From positions 1 through 49,139 of the forward strand of contig JABLTG010000149.1 in the NCBI GenBank assembly GCA_016618085.1: a DNA stretch of 49,139 bases, written 5' to 3'. The stretch comes from Neovahlkampfia damariscottae (taxonomy: Eukaryota). The notes beneath the pieces were generated by a model that was given only the letters and a program-made list of their open reading frames with translations, was not told where the DNA came from and did not search any database. How positions within the stretch are numbered: position 1 is the first letter of the stretch; each line of letters opens with the position of its first letter. A program made the position numbers and the translations under genes. Positions 10,579-22,751 of the stretch are shown piece after piece.

Positions 10579-13500
10579 ATGAACAAAGAAATTCAAAAGT
10601 TTATTGAATCAATTGAAAAGTCATCAAGTTTCAAAGAACTAAAACATTTCCAAAATGAATACATAAAAAAGGAAATTTTAAAAGAAATTAATGAAAAATT
10701 AAAAAAAAACAAAACAAAACTTGGTCGTTTTTTATTTTCAAGCCAAAATGAATTTGAACATATTGCCTTAGCCACTTCAAAGTCTTGGATTTTACATTTT
10801 GATTCTGAGTTTGTTTTAAAGAGTATTTTTGGTTGTGACATTGAAGACAGAGATATTAAATTAGGAGATATATCCAGTTTAAAATTTCAAAAGAATTTAA
10901 TTTTTGTTGGTTTTCAATCTGGTTATTTAATCATCTATGATGTTCTTCATTCAAAAAAACTGATTCATTTCAAGCCTTCAAATTATCCATTGAAAAATTT
11001 TTTTTATTCAGAAAAAAATGAAACAGTTTTAATTTTAGATAAAAAAGTGAATATCAAGTATTTCTTCTTATTCTATTTTAGGGTCAATTACAGAGATTTC
11101 AAATTCAAAGGAAGGTTCTTTTCAAAGATTTATATGTTTCAAACTTGATAAAGTCAGAATTTAACACAAGCAATATTTGTATTTTTGATGAAGAAGAATT
11201 TGATTTTAATTTAGTTGCCATGGAAAATGATGATAAAGAAATTGAAGTTCAATTGTTGAATTCAACCATCAAAACAATTCAAAAATTCCAGTTGAATGGG
11301 AATTCAATGTTATCATGGAGTTCATCAAGTAAACATGAAAAAGTAGGAAATATTATTAAATTAGTTATTGGAAATGAAGTATGCATTCAAATTCACAATT
11401 TTATAGTGAATGAAGAAGAATTTGAATCAAATCCGATAATCAAGAATATCTCAATGAATATGATTCATCTTCAATGGTTAAATGAAAATATTTTGTTAAT
11501 AATTGATTCTGATCATAGAATCATTCTATTTGATTCTAATTTATCAAAATTATCTGAACTACAACTTTCAGAATATTTTGACTTTTCGGAATCTGATGTC
11601 TCATATCAATTTTCAAAAAATTGTTTTTTTTTAATTCAAGATGAAGAATTAATTAAATTTACATTAAGAAATTGGAGAGAAAGAATAGAATTTTTATTGA
11701 TAATTGATGAATGGAACTTAGCTATTGAAACAACAATCAGTTATCTTCAAGATTTTGAAAAAGAAAATGTAAAAGAATTTCTTATTCACTTATTAAATGA
11801 ATATACAAATCAATATTCAAAATCAATTTCAATTTGGGTTGAATCTCTCAATTATGCATTACTGACAGAAGATTCAAACATAGTTCATGACAGAGTTGAT
11901 AAAATGTTATTAGAAGATTATAGTTTTCTTGAAGTTGTAGTTGTATTTATTCAAGATATTGATGATAAAATCAAGATTAAATATTTTGATTTAGATTTTG
12001 ACTTAGTAACTAAAAATCTGTTAACTGATTATTTTATAGATTATCAAATTTTGTGCTTCAACTGAAGATTTTTATACATTCAAGAATCTTTATGTTTATT
12101 GTAGGCACGAATATATAATACCATTTCAGTTTTTAATGTCCAAATTGGATGATGGTGTCAATGTTTCTGATGTTCTTTTTGAATTGTTGATTGAAGATAT
12201 ATTTGGAAATTGGAATATTGATTTTATTGAAAAGAAAGAATATTTTGTTGATTTTATTATTTCTAATTCAATGAAAAATTCATTTGAAAAAATGATCAAA
12301 TTAAATTCATCCAAATTCTTCAAATTTATGGAATTTTTTATGAAAGAATCAAAGATGGAAAATGATATTTTAAACTTATTAATTCATCTAATTTTTAATA
12401 ATACAAAGAATACTTTCGAAACTAGGATTTATAAATCATCCATTTTTTCATTTGAAAATCAAATCCATTTCGTTCAATTTTTAGTATGGTATTATACAAA
12501 TCATCCAAAACATCAAATTGAGAAGGATTTATTAAGTTTAATATTCAAATATTTGATTGAAAATCTACAATTAAAAGTTATAGATACAACAAAGCTTGAA
12601 GAAAATTTAGCCAAAATTGTTCGCAACAATTTGAATTATAATGTAGATGTTGACAAAACAATTGGTTTTTGTGAAAAATTGAAATTGTAAATAGAATATT
12701 AATACTTACTTTTAGTCATCAAATTTTGTGTATTTTGTATAATGAAAAAGGATTAATTGAAAAATCAATTAAATCATATTTCAATTTAGATTCTGATGAT
12801 ATTTTTGATTACATTGAGGAGATTTTCCAACAAAGTGATTCAAAAATCGAAAGTTTAAAAAAATTAATTCTTGAGAAATATTTAAAATCTTTGTTAGATT
12901 TAAATCCAGACAGAACAGTAACTCAAATCATAATACCTTATTTCAACGAAAACTCAAAACAAAAAAAAGTAAATATCACTTTTTTTATTCATGATATTTA
13001 GATTCTTTCCATTTTAGAAAAGGGAAAAGATTCACAATTGACAGTCTATAAATACCTTAGACAAATTTTAAAAGTTGAAAAAAAAAATTTGAAAATTTAT
13101 TTAACTGATGATTTGAGATATAAATATCTTACTTTATTAATGAAATTCAATCAAAATCATTGTGTTTCATTCATTGAAGAACAAAATTTGAAAGATTTTA
13201 AAAAGATGATTTCTCTGTGCAAAGAAAATGATTATTTTTTAAAGGGATATTTGAAAAATCAATTATTTGAATTTAAAGAGTCTTTGAGTTTATATTTGAT
13301 GGACGTGAAACAAAAAGCAGATGGTTTTAAGATTCGTGTTGAAAAATTGAATTTTCAGTCAAATGATGATTGGATGGATTTAACTGAATATCATTGGTTA
13401 TTTGAATCGATTGGTTGTTATCTTAATATTTGTGAGATTAATTATAAAAGTACACATTTTTCATATGATGAAATTAATCAATTTTATTTTGATTTGTTTA

Positions 13501-14353
13501 AAGTCTTTATTGATGAAATTGTCAAATTAAAATATTTAGAAAAAGGAAAGTTATTCAACAACTCAAAAGAATTGGTAAAGACAAGAATGAAAGAATTAAT
13601 TCAAAAAATGAATGAAAATTCAAAACAAATTGAGAACATAAATTTCAAAATTCAATTCGAAAAAAATGAAAAATTGAAACAAGAGTTATTAAATGTATTG
13701 AACAAAAAAACTGTTTCATTTGATCAATTAAAAACTGAATTAAAGATAGAAAAAGGAAAATTAAAAAAAGAAATTGAATCAAATCAACTTACAAAAAATT
13801 CAAAGATATCTGTTAATCAAAATTATTTTCTTTCTATTTTAAAAGAAATAATCATTGATACTTCAAAATTATTAAATTTTAGTTTTATTTTTGAGAATAT
13901 ATTTGAACTATATTCAAATGAATCATTTGGAATTATTAAAGAAATTATTTTTCAATTATTGACTGCCTTTGAGTTTGACTTTTGTTTTTATTAATTTTGT
14001 TCAGAAATGAAAAAGAGTTTTTGAAATTGAAAAATGAAATTGTATTGCAAGATTTATTCAATTTGAATGAAAAATTGATAAAAAAAAAACTGAAAGGGAA
14101 TAAAATTCAATTGAAGAATTCATGTTCTAAATGTGATTTTGAATTTAATTCATTTGATAAAATTAGATATTTTTCAAATTGTGATCATTATTTTCATTTG
14201 AATTGTATCAAGAATTCAAGGAAATGTTTAAAATGTTTTTTCAATGATGAAGAATTGGAATTTGAAAAAAATTTGCATGTTGATAAAAATAAGGTAATGT
14301 TAAAATATCAAAGAGTTGAAAGAATTTTAAATGAAAAATTTGAAGAATTTTGA
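10579..14353 (+). CDS. VPS8: VPS8-like CORVET subunit (beta-propeller, helical repeat, C-terminal RING-H2)
   Basis: Six consecutive ORFs joined by ~30-nt GT-AG introns. N-terminal WD-like strands (VGFQSGYLIIYD), spliced LDFDL-IIKFC..LYVY..EYIIPF resembling the Vps8 domain, terminal CSKC..CDHYFHLNC..CLKC. Start codon uncertain. Confidence 0.72.
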
Positions 14354-14427
14354 ATAAATTGGTTATTTTTTTTGTCCAATAAAAACGTTTTTTCAATTCA
14401 ACCATTTTTTTCACACACCTCGACACA

Positions 14428-15162
14428 ATGATGATAAAGAGATTTTTTAGAACCAAACATAATTTTAAATCAATAAGAAACTTTTCAATAAATGAAATTG
14501 AAATTGAAAAAGAAGGAATACTTGGAGAAGAAAACTTCAAAATATTTCTGAAGCAGAATAAAAAAAGAATTTCATTTTGGAAAGACATTCCATTGAAGGC
14601 AACAGAAAGTGAAAATGAATTCTATTTTGTTAATGAAATACCAAGAGGAACGAAAAGAAAAATGGAAATTTCACTAAAAACAGAATTCCATCCAATTGTT
14701 CAAGATGTAAAAAATAATAAATTGAGAGAATTCACATATGGAAATTCACCATTCAATTACGGAGCATTACCACAAACTTATGAAGATCCAAAAATTTTAG
14801 ATAAAGATTTACAATTATATGGTGATGATGACCCAGTGGATGTTGTTGAAATATCAAATGAAGCTTTAAAAATGGGACACATTTATAGAATTAAAGTTTT
14901 AGGTATTTTTGCATTAATAGATGAAGGTGAAGTTGATTGGAAAGTAATTTCCATTTTGTCAAATAATAATGAAATTAACACTTTAGAGGATGTCAAGAAA
15001 TCAAAATTAGATGAAATTCTTCATTGGTTTCGTTATTACAAAACTACAGACGGAAAACCTGAAAATAGTTTTGGTTATGATTCAAAAATATTTGATTCAA
15101 AATTTGCGCTAAAAATAATAAAAGAAATGAATCAAAATTGGAAGAATTTAATCAAAAAATAA
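14428..15162 (+). CDS. soluble inorganic pyrophosphatase (family I), likely mitochondrial
   Basis: EIPRG..KMEI, NYGALPQTYEDP, GDDDPVDV, IDEGEVDWK, WFRYYK; basic presequence. Confidence 0.95.
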   Translation: MMIKRFFRTKHNFKSIRNFSINEIEIEKEGILGEENFKIFLKQNKKRISFWKDIPLKATESENEFYFVNEIPRGTKRKMEISLKTEFHPIVQDVKNNKLREFTYGNSPFNYGALPQTYEDPKILDKDLQLYGDDDPVDVVEISNEALKMGHIYRIKVLGIFALIDEGEVDWKVISILSNNNEINTLEDVKKSKLDEILHWFRYYKTTDGKPENSFGYDSKIFDSKFALKIIKEMNQNWKNLIKK

Positions 15163-15235
15163 ACTATTACTGATTCCATGCATCATCATCAAAAATAAAG
15201 GATTCCAAACTCCATCTTCTACCACGATCTATCTT

Positions 15236-16945
15236 TCATAATCTCTTTTTTTGGTTTCTTTTGAACTTTAATATATTTTTTGATTTTTGTTTAATTGAAT
15301 GAACTCTTCCAACTGCAAATTGTCTTGATGATCCATCTCTCAAAATAAATCTTCCTAAACTCTTCCATTCAGAAAATAAATCCATGGATAAAGGTTTTAA
15401 TGGTGTAATTTTCATTTCCGCTAATTCATTATATTTAATGATAGTATCGGAGTCCAATTCAACTTGTTTAACTTTTAATGATTGCTTATCAACAATTCCA
15501 GTTATTTCAACTTTACAAGGTACAAATGTTGAATGAACAAACAATAAAGGTTCAAATCCATTTTTAATTTTAGTTTTTGGTCGAATATTCAACACTGAAG
15601 AGTAAAAAGAAATAATTTAAAATATACCATTGGCAATTAATGATTCAACTTCAATTGTTGAATATCCAATTTTAGGTCCAATAACATCACCTCTTTCAAT
15701 TTCATGATATCCAAGTGAAATAGAAACATAATCTTCTGCTTGAGTTGATTCAACTCTATTTCCGTAAATTAAAAAATAATTTTGATTTACCAAATATTGT
15801 TTCGATAAATTTGAGAAATTGTTGTTGAAACACCTTTTGGTTCAATAGTAATATGATCCCCTTCTGAAATTATTCCTGAAAATATCATTCCAGAAACAAT
15901 AGTCCCATAAGTCTTGTAAACTTTATTGACAACAAATCTAAGTGGTTTTTTTGCTTTTTCATATTCAGGTAATGTTTTTGACTGTAATAATTTAAAACAT
16001 TCATCAATTTGAATATAAATCAATCATTGATAATAAATTAGGTCCTTTATACCAATATAAATTAGTTGAAATATGAGAATCAACTAAATTATCACATTCT
16101 AATCCTGAAATTGGTATAATTTCACTTTTTTAAATTTTTAATATTTTCTTGATTCTTTACCATTTTAATTGATATTTTTTTGTTAGAGTTTCTAATTTAT
16201 TTGATAATATTTCAAATGTCTTTTGTGAATATTGAATTTTATCCATTTTATTAACTGCAATTAATGATTTCTTTCCAAGTGATTTGATACCTATTAGAGC
16301 ATCTGAAAATTCTTTATCAATAGCATGTTGAAATTCTTCTAAATCAGCAGAAATCTATAAATTCATTAAATTGATGAATATTTTTTACAACAAGGATACA
16401 TAAATCACCTAAAGACATTCCTCCAATCAAATTCTTTACCAAACTACCTGGTGTATCTATAAATGAATATGAATAATCTCTTTTAGTTCCAAATTCAATT
16501 CTTCTAACGTGTAACTAAAGTTAAGCGTTAAATTCTTTTTATTTTTTTTTTTTTTATTTCATCTAATGTGTTATCAAAGAAACTACCATGTTCTAAATAA
16601 AATAACAATTGTTCTGATGTTTTTGATTTTCCTCCTTGTTTTAAATTATTGATATCTTTATTCATTTTTGATCCTAAATGATTTTTCAAAACCCATTTTT
16701 TAATATATCCTTCTTGTGAAAGTAATCTAGTCATCATACTAGTTTTACCACCTCCTGATGGTCCAATGACTGTAACTGTAAAATTCTTTGGTTTTCCTGC
16801 TTTATATACTTCACAAACCTTTTTTTTTAGTTTATTTTTTTTGTTACTTCTCTCCAAATGGTACAACTGTCACTGAATTTAAATTTAAATCAATAAATGA
16901 AAATATTTCTAAAACAATCTCAGGTGGTATTTCTTGATATTCCAT
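15236..16945 (-). CDS. F-box + divergent EF-1alpha/HBS1/eRF3-like GTPase, possibly decaying
   Basis: ATG 16945 gives MEYQEIPPEIVLEIFSFI (F-box-like). G1 GPSGGGKTS, G3 DTPG, G4 NKMD, then KPLRF.V..VYK (domain II) and LGRFILRD..AVGRV (domain III). Two exon joins are irregular (see findings). Confidence 0.75.
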
Positions 16946-17030
16946 TGTTTTGGATTTGATTTCACCTGAATTTGAAAAGAAAATTGATTGGTTGTTTTAT
17001 GAAGAGTTATTTTTAGATTTGAAAAAATAT

Positions 17031-18216
17031 TTATTGTTGTACTTGATCAAATGGTGATGAACCATCAGAGAATTTTGTTTTTGAGATTTTCATAATAAAT
17101 TGTTGTACTTCTGGATCACCCATATAATCATAAATAGCACTCATTCCTTTTGATTCTAAATCAGAAACAAATGATTGTACTTTTGAACTATTTTGATAAT
17201 CATCCATTTGTTTAATTTCATTAATAACTTCAGATGAAATATTTGGATTTACGTTCATTTGTTGCATCATATTTCCCATAATATCTTTAAATCCTGGTTG
17301 TTGCATCATACCCATAGCCATATTCATAAATTCTGGATTATTTAAAAGTCCACTCATTTGATCCATTGAAGGTGCACCTTGTCCACCCATAGCTCCTGAA
17401 AGAATTGAACCAAAATCCATTCCACCCAATCCTTGTTGATTTTCACTGCCACCTGATGATTTTTTTAATCTTTCTTTTGCTTTTGAAAGTCCTGATTGAT
17501 AACTTTTATTGTTTGGATCATATGAAAGTGCTGTTTCGAAATTTTCAATAGCAGATTGAAATGCGTCCATATTTAAATAGATAGTTCCTAAACGTCCATA
17601 TCCTTTTGCATATTCAGGTTCTAATTCTACAGCTTTATATGCTGCTTCTAAACCTTCTTCAAATCTATGCGCAGAATTGCATGCAGCTGAGAGATTTGAA
17701 TAGTAAACTGCTGATGGAAATGTTTGAATTGCAGATTGATATGATTTTATAGCTTCATCATAATCCTTTTTTTCTAAAAATGAATTTCCTTGATCTTTGA
17801 ATTCGTCCGCTTTTTTTTTAAGATCTCTTTGTTTAGTAAGAAATTTTTCTTTTGCTTTTTCATATCTTTCTTTATATTCTGGTGTACCTGTCTCTACATT
17901 TTTAAAATATCCTTTATCAGCGATGACTTTAAGAAATTGTTGAAATTTTTCCTCTAAAAAAGAAAGTGGGTAGAGTTTTTTTTTTACCATTCATAAGAGG
18001 GTCTTTTTGTGGTTTTGTTTCAGGTTTTTTTTCAATTCCGAGTGCTTTCACACCTGCTTCAAAAATTTCTAAAAGACTTTTTGAAGGTTTTGAAGTTTCA
18101 TCATAATATTTGGATGCTTTTAAAATATCTGATGCAACAGTAAATGTATCTTTTTGTTCTTCATTTTCAAGAAATTCACAGACCGAAGTGATCAATTGTT
18201 TCTTTGAAAATTCCAT
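17031..18216 (-). CDS. SGT2: SGT2/SGTA-like TPR co-chaperone
   Basis: N-terminal dimerisation-like helix pair, three TPRs (KDQGN..YYSNLSAA..YAKGYGRLG) and an M/Q/G-rich STI1-like tail; intron 17954-17987. Confidence 0.88.
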
Positions 18217-18485
18217 CCTCTAGTTCAAGCCAATTGACCAATCGGAGGTTTCGGAATTTACAATTTTTATTTCCTTGAAATGGGTGTTTTTCTGGTGAAT
18301 TATTAAATTAAAATTCAACTAAAAATAATTATCCGTTTTTAGTTTCGGTTGAGAGAATCCATTGGTGGAATATTTTTCTGGTCTTTGATTGGTTGAATTA
18401 TTTATAAATAGAAGTGAATTGTCCAATGATTCAAACAAAAACTTCACTTGTATCCAAGACTACACTAGTAACAGCAAGAACATTC

Positions 18486-18587
18486 ATGGCGTCAAAATTC
18501 AGTCAACATCCAAAATTAGCTCCAAGACAAGACAGCACAGAAGAATTACACTTGAAACTCTATCAAACGAAAGAGCCGTGGTTTTAG
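18486..18587 (+). CDS. 33-codon upstream ORF (ORF1) of the GNAT gene
   Basis: ATG 18486 to TAG 18585-18587, MASKFSQHPKLAPRQDSTEELHLKLYQTKEPWF*; coding-like base composition; extendable to ATG 18426. Confidence 0.55.
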   Translation: MASKFSQHPKLAPRQDSTEELHLKLYQTKEPWF

Positions 18588-19215
18588 CACCGTGATGCGA
18601 GTAGACAAACATGAATTCTGGGACATAGTTGAATTAAAGGATGACCAACATCCACTTTTAGCAGAGACTGTTCAACTATATAAACAAAACTTCCCAGAAT
18701 CATATGAAATGGAATCTGAATCTATTATTGAACTTTTAAAAGCTGGTCTTATAAGAATATTAGTTTCAGTTAAATCCAATCAAGTCTCTGCATGTGCTAT
18801 CATTTCTTCAAGAAAAGTACCTGGAATCTACCACTTGGATTATTTATTCGTCAACAAAAAACTTCAAGGAAAAGGAATTGGAAGCACATTTTTAAAAAAT
18901 CTTACAAAATTCCTTGGTTCAGAAAAGAACGTAAAAGCTTTAACCTTAGAATGTGTTGATGGTTTAATTAAATTTTATGAAAAATTTAATGCTCAAAAAA
19001 CAAAATTAAAACCAACAAAATTTAATTCAGGCTTAGATAGTGCAAAAATCTTCAACTTTTTATTCATTCCAATTTCAAATGAACAAAATGAATTACCAAC
19101 TGACAAACAATTAGCTGATGTTTATTTAGCTATCAGAGAATCAGAAGATGCAAAAATTATTGAAACAGAAAAATACTTCATGTTGGATTCAACTTCATTT
19201 GTTCCATGTAAATAA
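18586..19215 (+). CDS. GNAT-family N-acetyltransferase
   Basis: Motif A LDYLFVNKKLQGKGIGS and motif B LIKFYEKF. First in-frame ATG is 18595; the frame is +1 relative to the upstream ORF. Confidence 0.9.
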   Translation, partial: STVMRVDKHEFWDIVELKDDQHPLLAETVQLYKQNFPESYEMESESIIELLKAGLIRILVSVKSNQVSACAIISSRKVPGIYHLDYLFVNKKLQGKGIGSTFLKNLTKFLGSEKNVKALTLECVDGLIKFYEKFNAQKTKLKPTKFNSGLDSAKIFNFLFIPISNEQNELPTDKQLADVYLAIRESEDAKIIETEKYFMLDSTSFVPCK

Positions 19216-19372
19216 ATGATTTAATCTTTTTATACTTTATTTTAAATGTCAAATGCCTTGTTTCTCTTTTATATAGTATTTTATTTTTGGTCTTTTTAAT
19301 ATTTTTTGATTTCTGACTGGTGGTTATAAATAGATTTGTTTTTCATTGGTTTACTATTTTTCCAACAAAGAA

Positions 19373-20236
19373 ATGAAGGTGATAACATCTCTTCCTGAAT
19401 TTTTTTCTTTTCGAAAATCTTTAAAATCATCATTTAAGATTGGTCTTGTTCCAACAATGGGATCATTGCACCAAGGACATATTTCTTTGATCAACAATGC
19501 AAGAAATCAATGTGATGTTGTTATTTCAACAATTTTTATAAATCCAATTCAATTCAATAATAAAAATGATTTCAAAACATATCCACAAAACCTTCAAAGA
19601 GATATTGAATTGATTCAAAATTCAAAATCAAAATATTGTCAAACAACTGAAATTGTTCTATCACCAAAAACATCAGAAATATATCCAAATCTTGATAGAA
19701 TGACAAGAGTAACTGTCGATGGAATGGAAAATACAATAGAAGGAAAATTTAGACCTGGTCATTTCAGTGGTGTTGCAACTGTAGTCTCCAAATTATTCAA
19801 TATTTCGAGACCAGATTATGCTTATTTTGGTCAAAAAGATGCACTTCAGTGTATTTTGATTCAAAGATTGATTAATGAATTGAATTATCCAATTGAATTA
19901 GTGATAGGTGACACCTTGAGGGAACCAGATGGAGTTGCAATGAGCAGTAGAAATTCCAAATTATCAAAAGAACAGAGAAAAATATCATCTATCATTTATC
20001 AATCTCTTTGTGCTTGTGAGAATGCCTTCAAATTGAATACTGAAATATCAAAAGATGAAATGATTTCTATTGGAATGGATGTTTTAAAAAATGAACAAGA
20101 GATCAAATTTGAATATTTAACTTTAACCAATTTTGAAGGAGAAGAAATTGAAATAGTAAAAAATAGAGCTATCCTTTCAATTGCTGTTTTTTTAGGCGAA
20201 ATTCGTTTGATTGATAATGTTATTCTCAAAAAATGA
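19373..20236 (+). CDS. panC: pantoate--beta-alanine ligase (pantothenate synthetase)
   Basis: VPTMGSLHQGH, IFINPIQF, RPGHFSGVATVV.KLF, FGQKD..Q, AMSSRN, RLIDN. Confidence 0.97.
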   Translation: MKVITSLPEFFSFRKSLKSSFKIGLVPTMGSLHQGHISLINNARNQCDVVISTIFINPIQFNNKNDFKTYPQNLQRDIELIQNSKSKYCQTTEIVLSPKTSEIYPNLDRMTRVTVDGMENTIEGKFRPGHFSGVATVVSKLFNISRPDYAYFGQKDALQCILIQRLINELNYPIELVIGDTLREPDGVAMSSRNSKLSKEQRKISSIIYQSLCACENAFKLNTEISKDEMISIGMDVLKNEQEIKFEYLTLTNFEGEEIEIVKNRAILSIAVFLGEIRLIDNVILKK

Positions 20237-20316
20237 CAAACCTAAAAATAAACTTAAAATTGAAACTTTTTATCCAATTAAATATCATCAACTCCGGAAT
20301 TTAGTGAACCGACAAC

Positions 20317-21041
20317 ATGTCAAAAGAAAATGATGAAGGAATTTGGAATTTTGCATTTGGATCAAATATGTCATCCAAAGTTTTGGAAGGAAGAAGAAAA
20401 ATAAAACCGATGGAAAAAGTTGCAGGAAAAGTTAAAGGATGGAGAGTCTCATTTTTTCCAATGGTTCCATATATTGAACCAGGTAAAAAAATCTATTTGA
20501 TAAATTCTTAGGTATGGGTACAATTGAAAGATATGAAGGCGCAACCTGCCACGGAGTTTTAGTAAAATTATCACCAAAAGAATGGGATGATTTATACGCA
20601 AGTGAAGGAGGTGGAAAAGATGGTGGTTATAAATTAGCAGAAATTGAATGTGAAGCATATGATGGTAGAAAAATCAAAGCATATGCTTTTGAAAGTAAAG
20701 AAAGACCTTCTTTTGTTGGTTATCCTTCACAACGTTATATGAATTTATTACTTGATGGTGCAAGAGAATATAAATTAGATGAAGATTATATTAAAGAGTT
20801 AGAAGCTATACCTGTCAACACAACATCAACTTGCACTAAATTTATGGTTTTTCCATTTTTTGCTCCGATTATGATTCCAGTAATGTTTATCATGTTGACA
20901 GCTTTGCTGTTCAAAAGATTCTTTGGTATTAGAGTTCCAGTACCAGGTATCGTAAATTATTCAAAAAATATTTCTTGGTTTTTACATGATTATTTCTTGA
21001 AATTCATTTTTGGTGATGGAGGGAAATGGTTCAGGAAATAA
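20317..21041 (+). CDS. gamma-glutamylcyclotransferase (GGCT/AIG2-like) fold protein with C-terminal hydrophobic segment
   Basis: FAFGSNM, GVL....EWDDL..SEG, PSQRYMNLLLDGAREY; one short intron at about 20483-20511. Confidence 0.82.
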
Positions 21042-21243
21042 ATAATTTATTAATAATATAACCAAATTGGTGAATTCATTATGATTTATTGATGAAATAT
21101 TTTTTTTGATGTTGTTTTGAATAATCTGCACTACTTTTTAAAGTTGATTTTCAATCTAAAATGTCAACAAATAGTGTTATTCCTCAACAATAAATGTGTT
21201 GAAACTTCATTCGTCAATTCATTTCTTCTTGTAGTCCACCAAA

Positions 21244-21555
21244 ATGGGTTTAGGTTTCAGTTCATTGGGAAGTGCTCTTTTAGATCCAGAGAATGAAGAA
21301 GCTGTTAGAAATATCTTCAAAAAATATGATAAAGATAAAAATGGATCAATAGATAAGAATGAGTTTATGAACTTTGCTTTTGATGTACAAGAGTTTGTAA
21401 AAATAAAAGGACTTCAAGAAAATCCAATTAATCTTGATAATCAAAAAAAATTAATGTCATTCTTCTATTTTGATACTGATAATAATGGTGTATTGAGTTA
21501 TGATGAATTTAAAGAATGTCTAAAAAAATATAAATTCGAAAAAGTCGAAAAATAA
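21244..21555 (+). CDS. small two-EF-hand calcium-binding protein, possibly N-myristoylated
   Basis: DKDKNGSIDKNE and DTDNNGVLSYDE loops; N-terminus MGLGFS. Confidence 0.9.
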   Translation: MGLGFSSLGSALLDPENEEAVRNIFKKYDKDKNGSIDKNEFMNFAFDVQEFVKIKGLQENPINLDNQKKLMSFFYFDTDNNGVLSYDEFKECLKKYKFEKVEK

Positions 21556-21560
21556 AATTT

Positions 21561-22690
21561 TTAATTCAAAATTAAGTTATTAGAATCAATTATGACATGA
21601 TTATCATCTATTTTTATAACACAAGAATTATCATTTTCATCCATACCAATACAAATCCCAATTTGATTTTCAAATTCTCCTGATTTGATTTTTACTTCAT
21701 CTCCAATTTTTGGTTTAATTATTTCCAAAATATTGAATAATTTATCAAAAATTTCTTCAATTATTAATTTTGAATCATACTCAATTTGACTAAAATTTCC
21801 AGAATTTTCATTCAATTCAAATTGAATTTCTTTTGGAGGATATAAATGTTCCAAACGAATAATTTTGTTATTTGGATTAAATTCAATTATTTTTCCTTCT
21901 TTAAAATTTGATATTTTAGGAGTCCCAAATTCAGATAATTCATATTTTTGATAAGCTATTATGTCACCAATCATTGGTTGTTCTTTTTGATAAGGATTGA
22001 AGTTTGAATAATCTCTTTCAGGGTATTCAATTCGTTTTTTAATATTAAAACTATCATCTCCTTTATTTTTTTTTCTTCTTTTCTTTTTTTTTGCTGAATT
22101 TTGATTGAATGAATTTTCTTCATTAAACATTGAGTTTTCTTCTTCAACTTCTTTTTGAAATGATTCATTTTCATAAGATATATTCTTTGAACTAAAATCT
22201 TGTTGAAATGAATTCTCATTTGAATTTTCTTGAACTTTTTCTATTGATGATAAATCTAAATTCTCAAATGATTCTTTCACCTTTTTTTTCTTTTTTTTTT
22301 GTTGTTTTTTTTCTTCTTCCGATTTTTTTTCTTTTATATCATGTATTAATTCAATTTTTCTCTTTTTTTTTTCTTTTTTTTCAAAACTTTTTTCTCTATC
22401 TTCTCCAACAACAATTCTCTTTTTTTTTATTCTTTTTCACATGTTAAAAAAAAAAAAATTTTTTACGTTATGATATCTTCTTCTGTTATGATATGAATTG
22501 GTTGGTTTGGTGGTAAAACAAAATCATTGATTTCAAGTTGAATTCCTCTGTTTAAATTATAAAGAAATTCAAAATCCTCTTCTATTTTCTGTCTCAATTT
22601 TTCAATATTCTTTATTGACTTATCAACAAAGTACATACATTTTGGAAATGGTGAAGACAACTCTTCATCAAATTGCAACTTTACTCTCAT
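21561..22690 (-). CDS. coilin homolog with extra C-terminal KOW-like motif
   Basis: N-terminal MRVKLQF..LEINDFVLPP..IITEEDII resembles the coilin NTD; K-rich linker; Tudor-like GDIIAYQKYELSEFGTPKISNFKEGKI. Exon joins at 22330-22470 are approximate. Confidence 0.8.
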
Positions 22691-22751
22691 GATTTTTCAA
22701 CCAATTAAATTCATCTCAGAAAATAAGAAATAAAATTTATTTTCAACAAAT

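Noticed and set aside
18586..19215. Calling the frameshift-associated gene ornithine decarboxylase antizyme
   Set aside because: ORF2 has an intact acetyl-CoA-binding QGKGIG motif and lacks recognisable antizyme motifs; only the frameshift geometry is similar.
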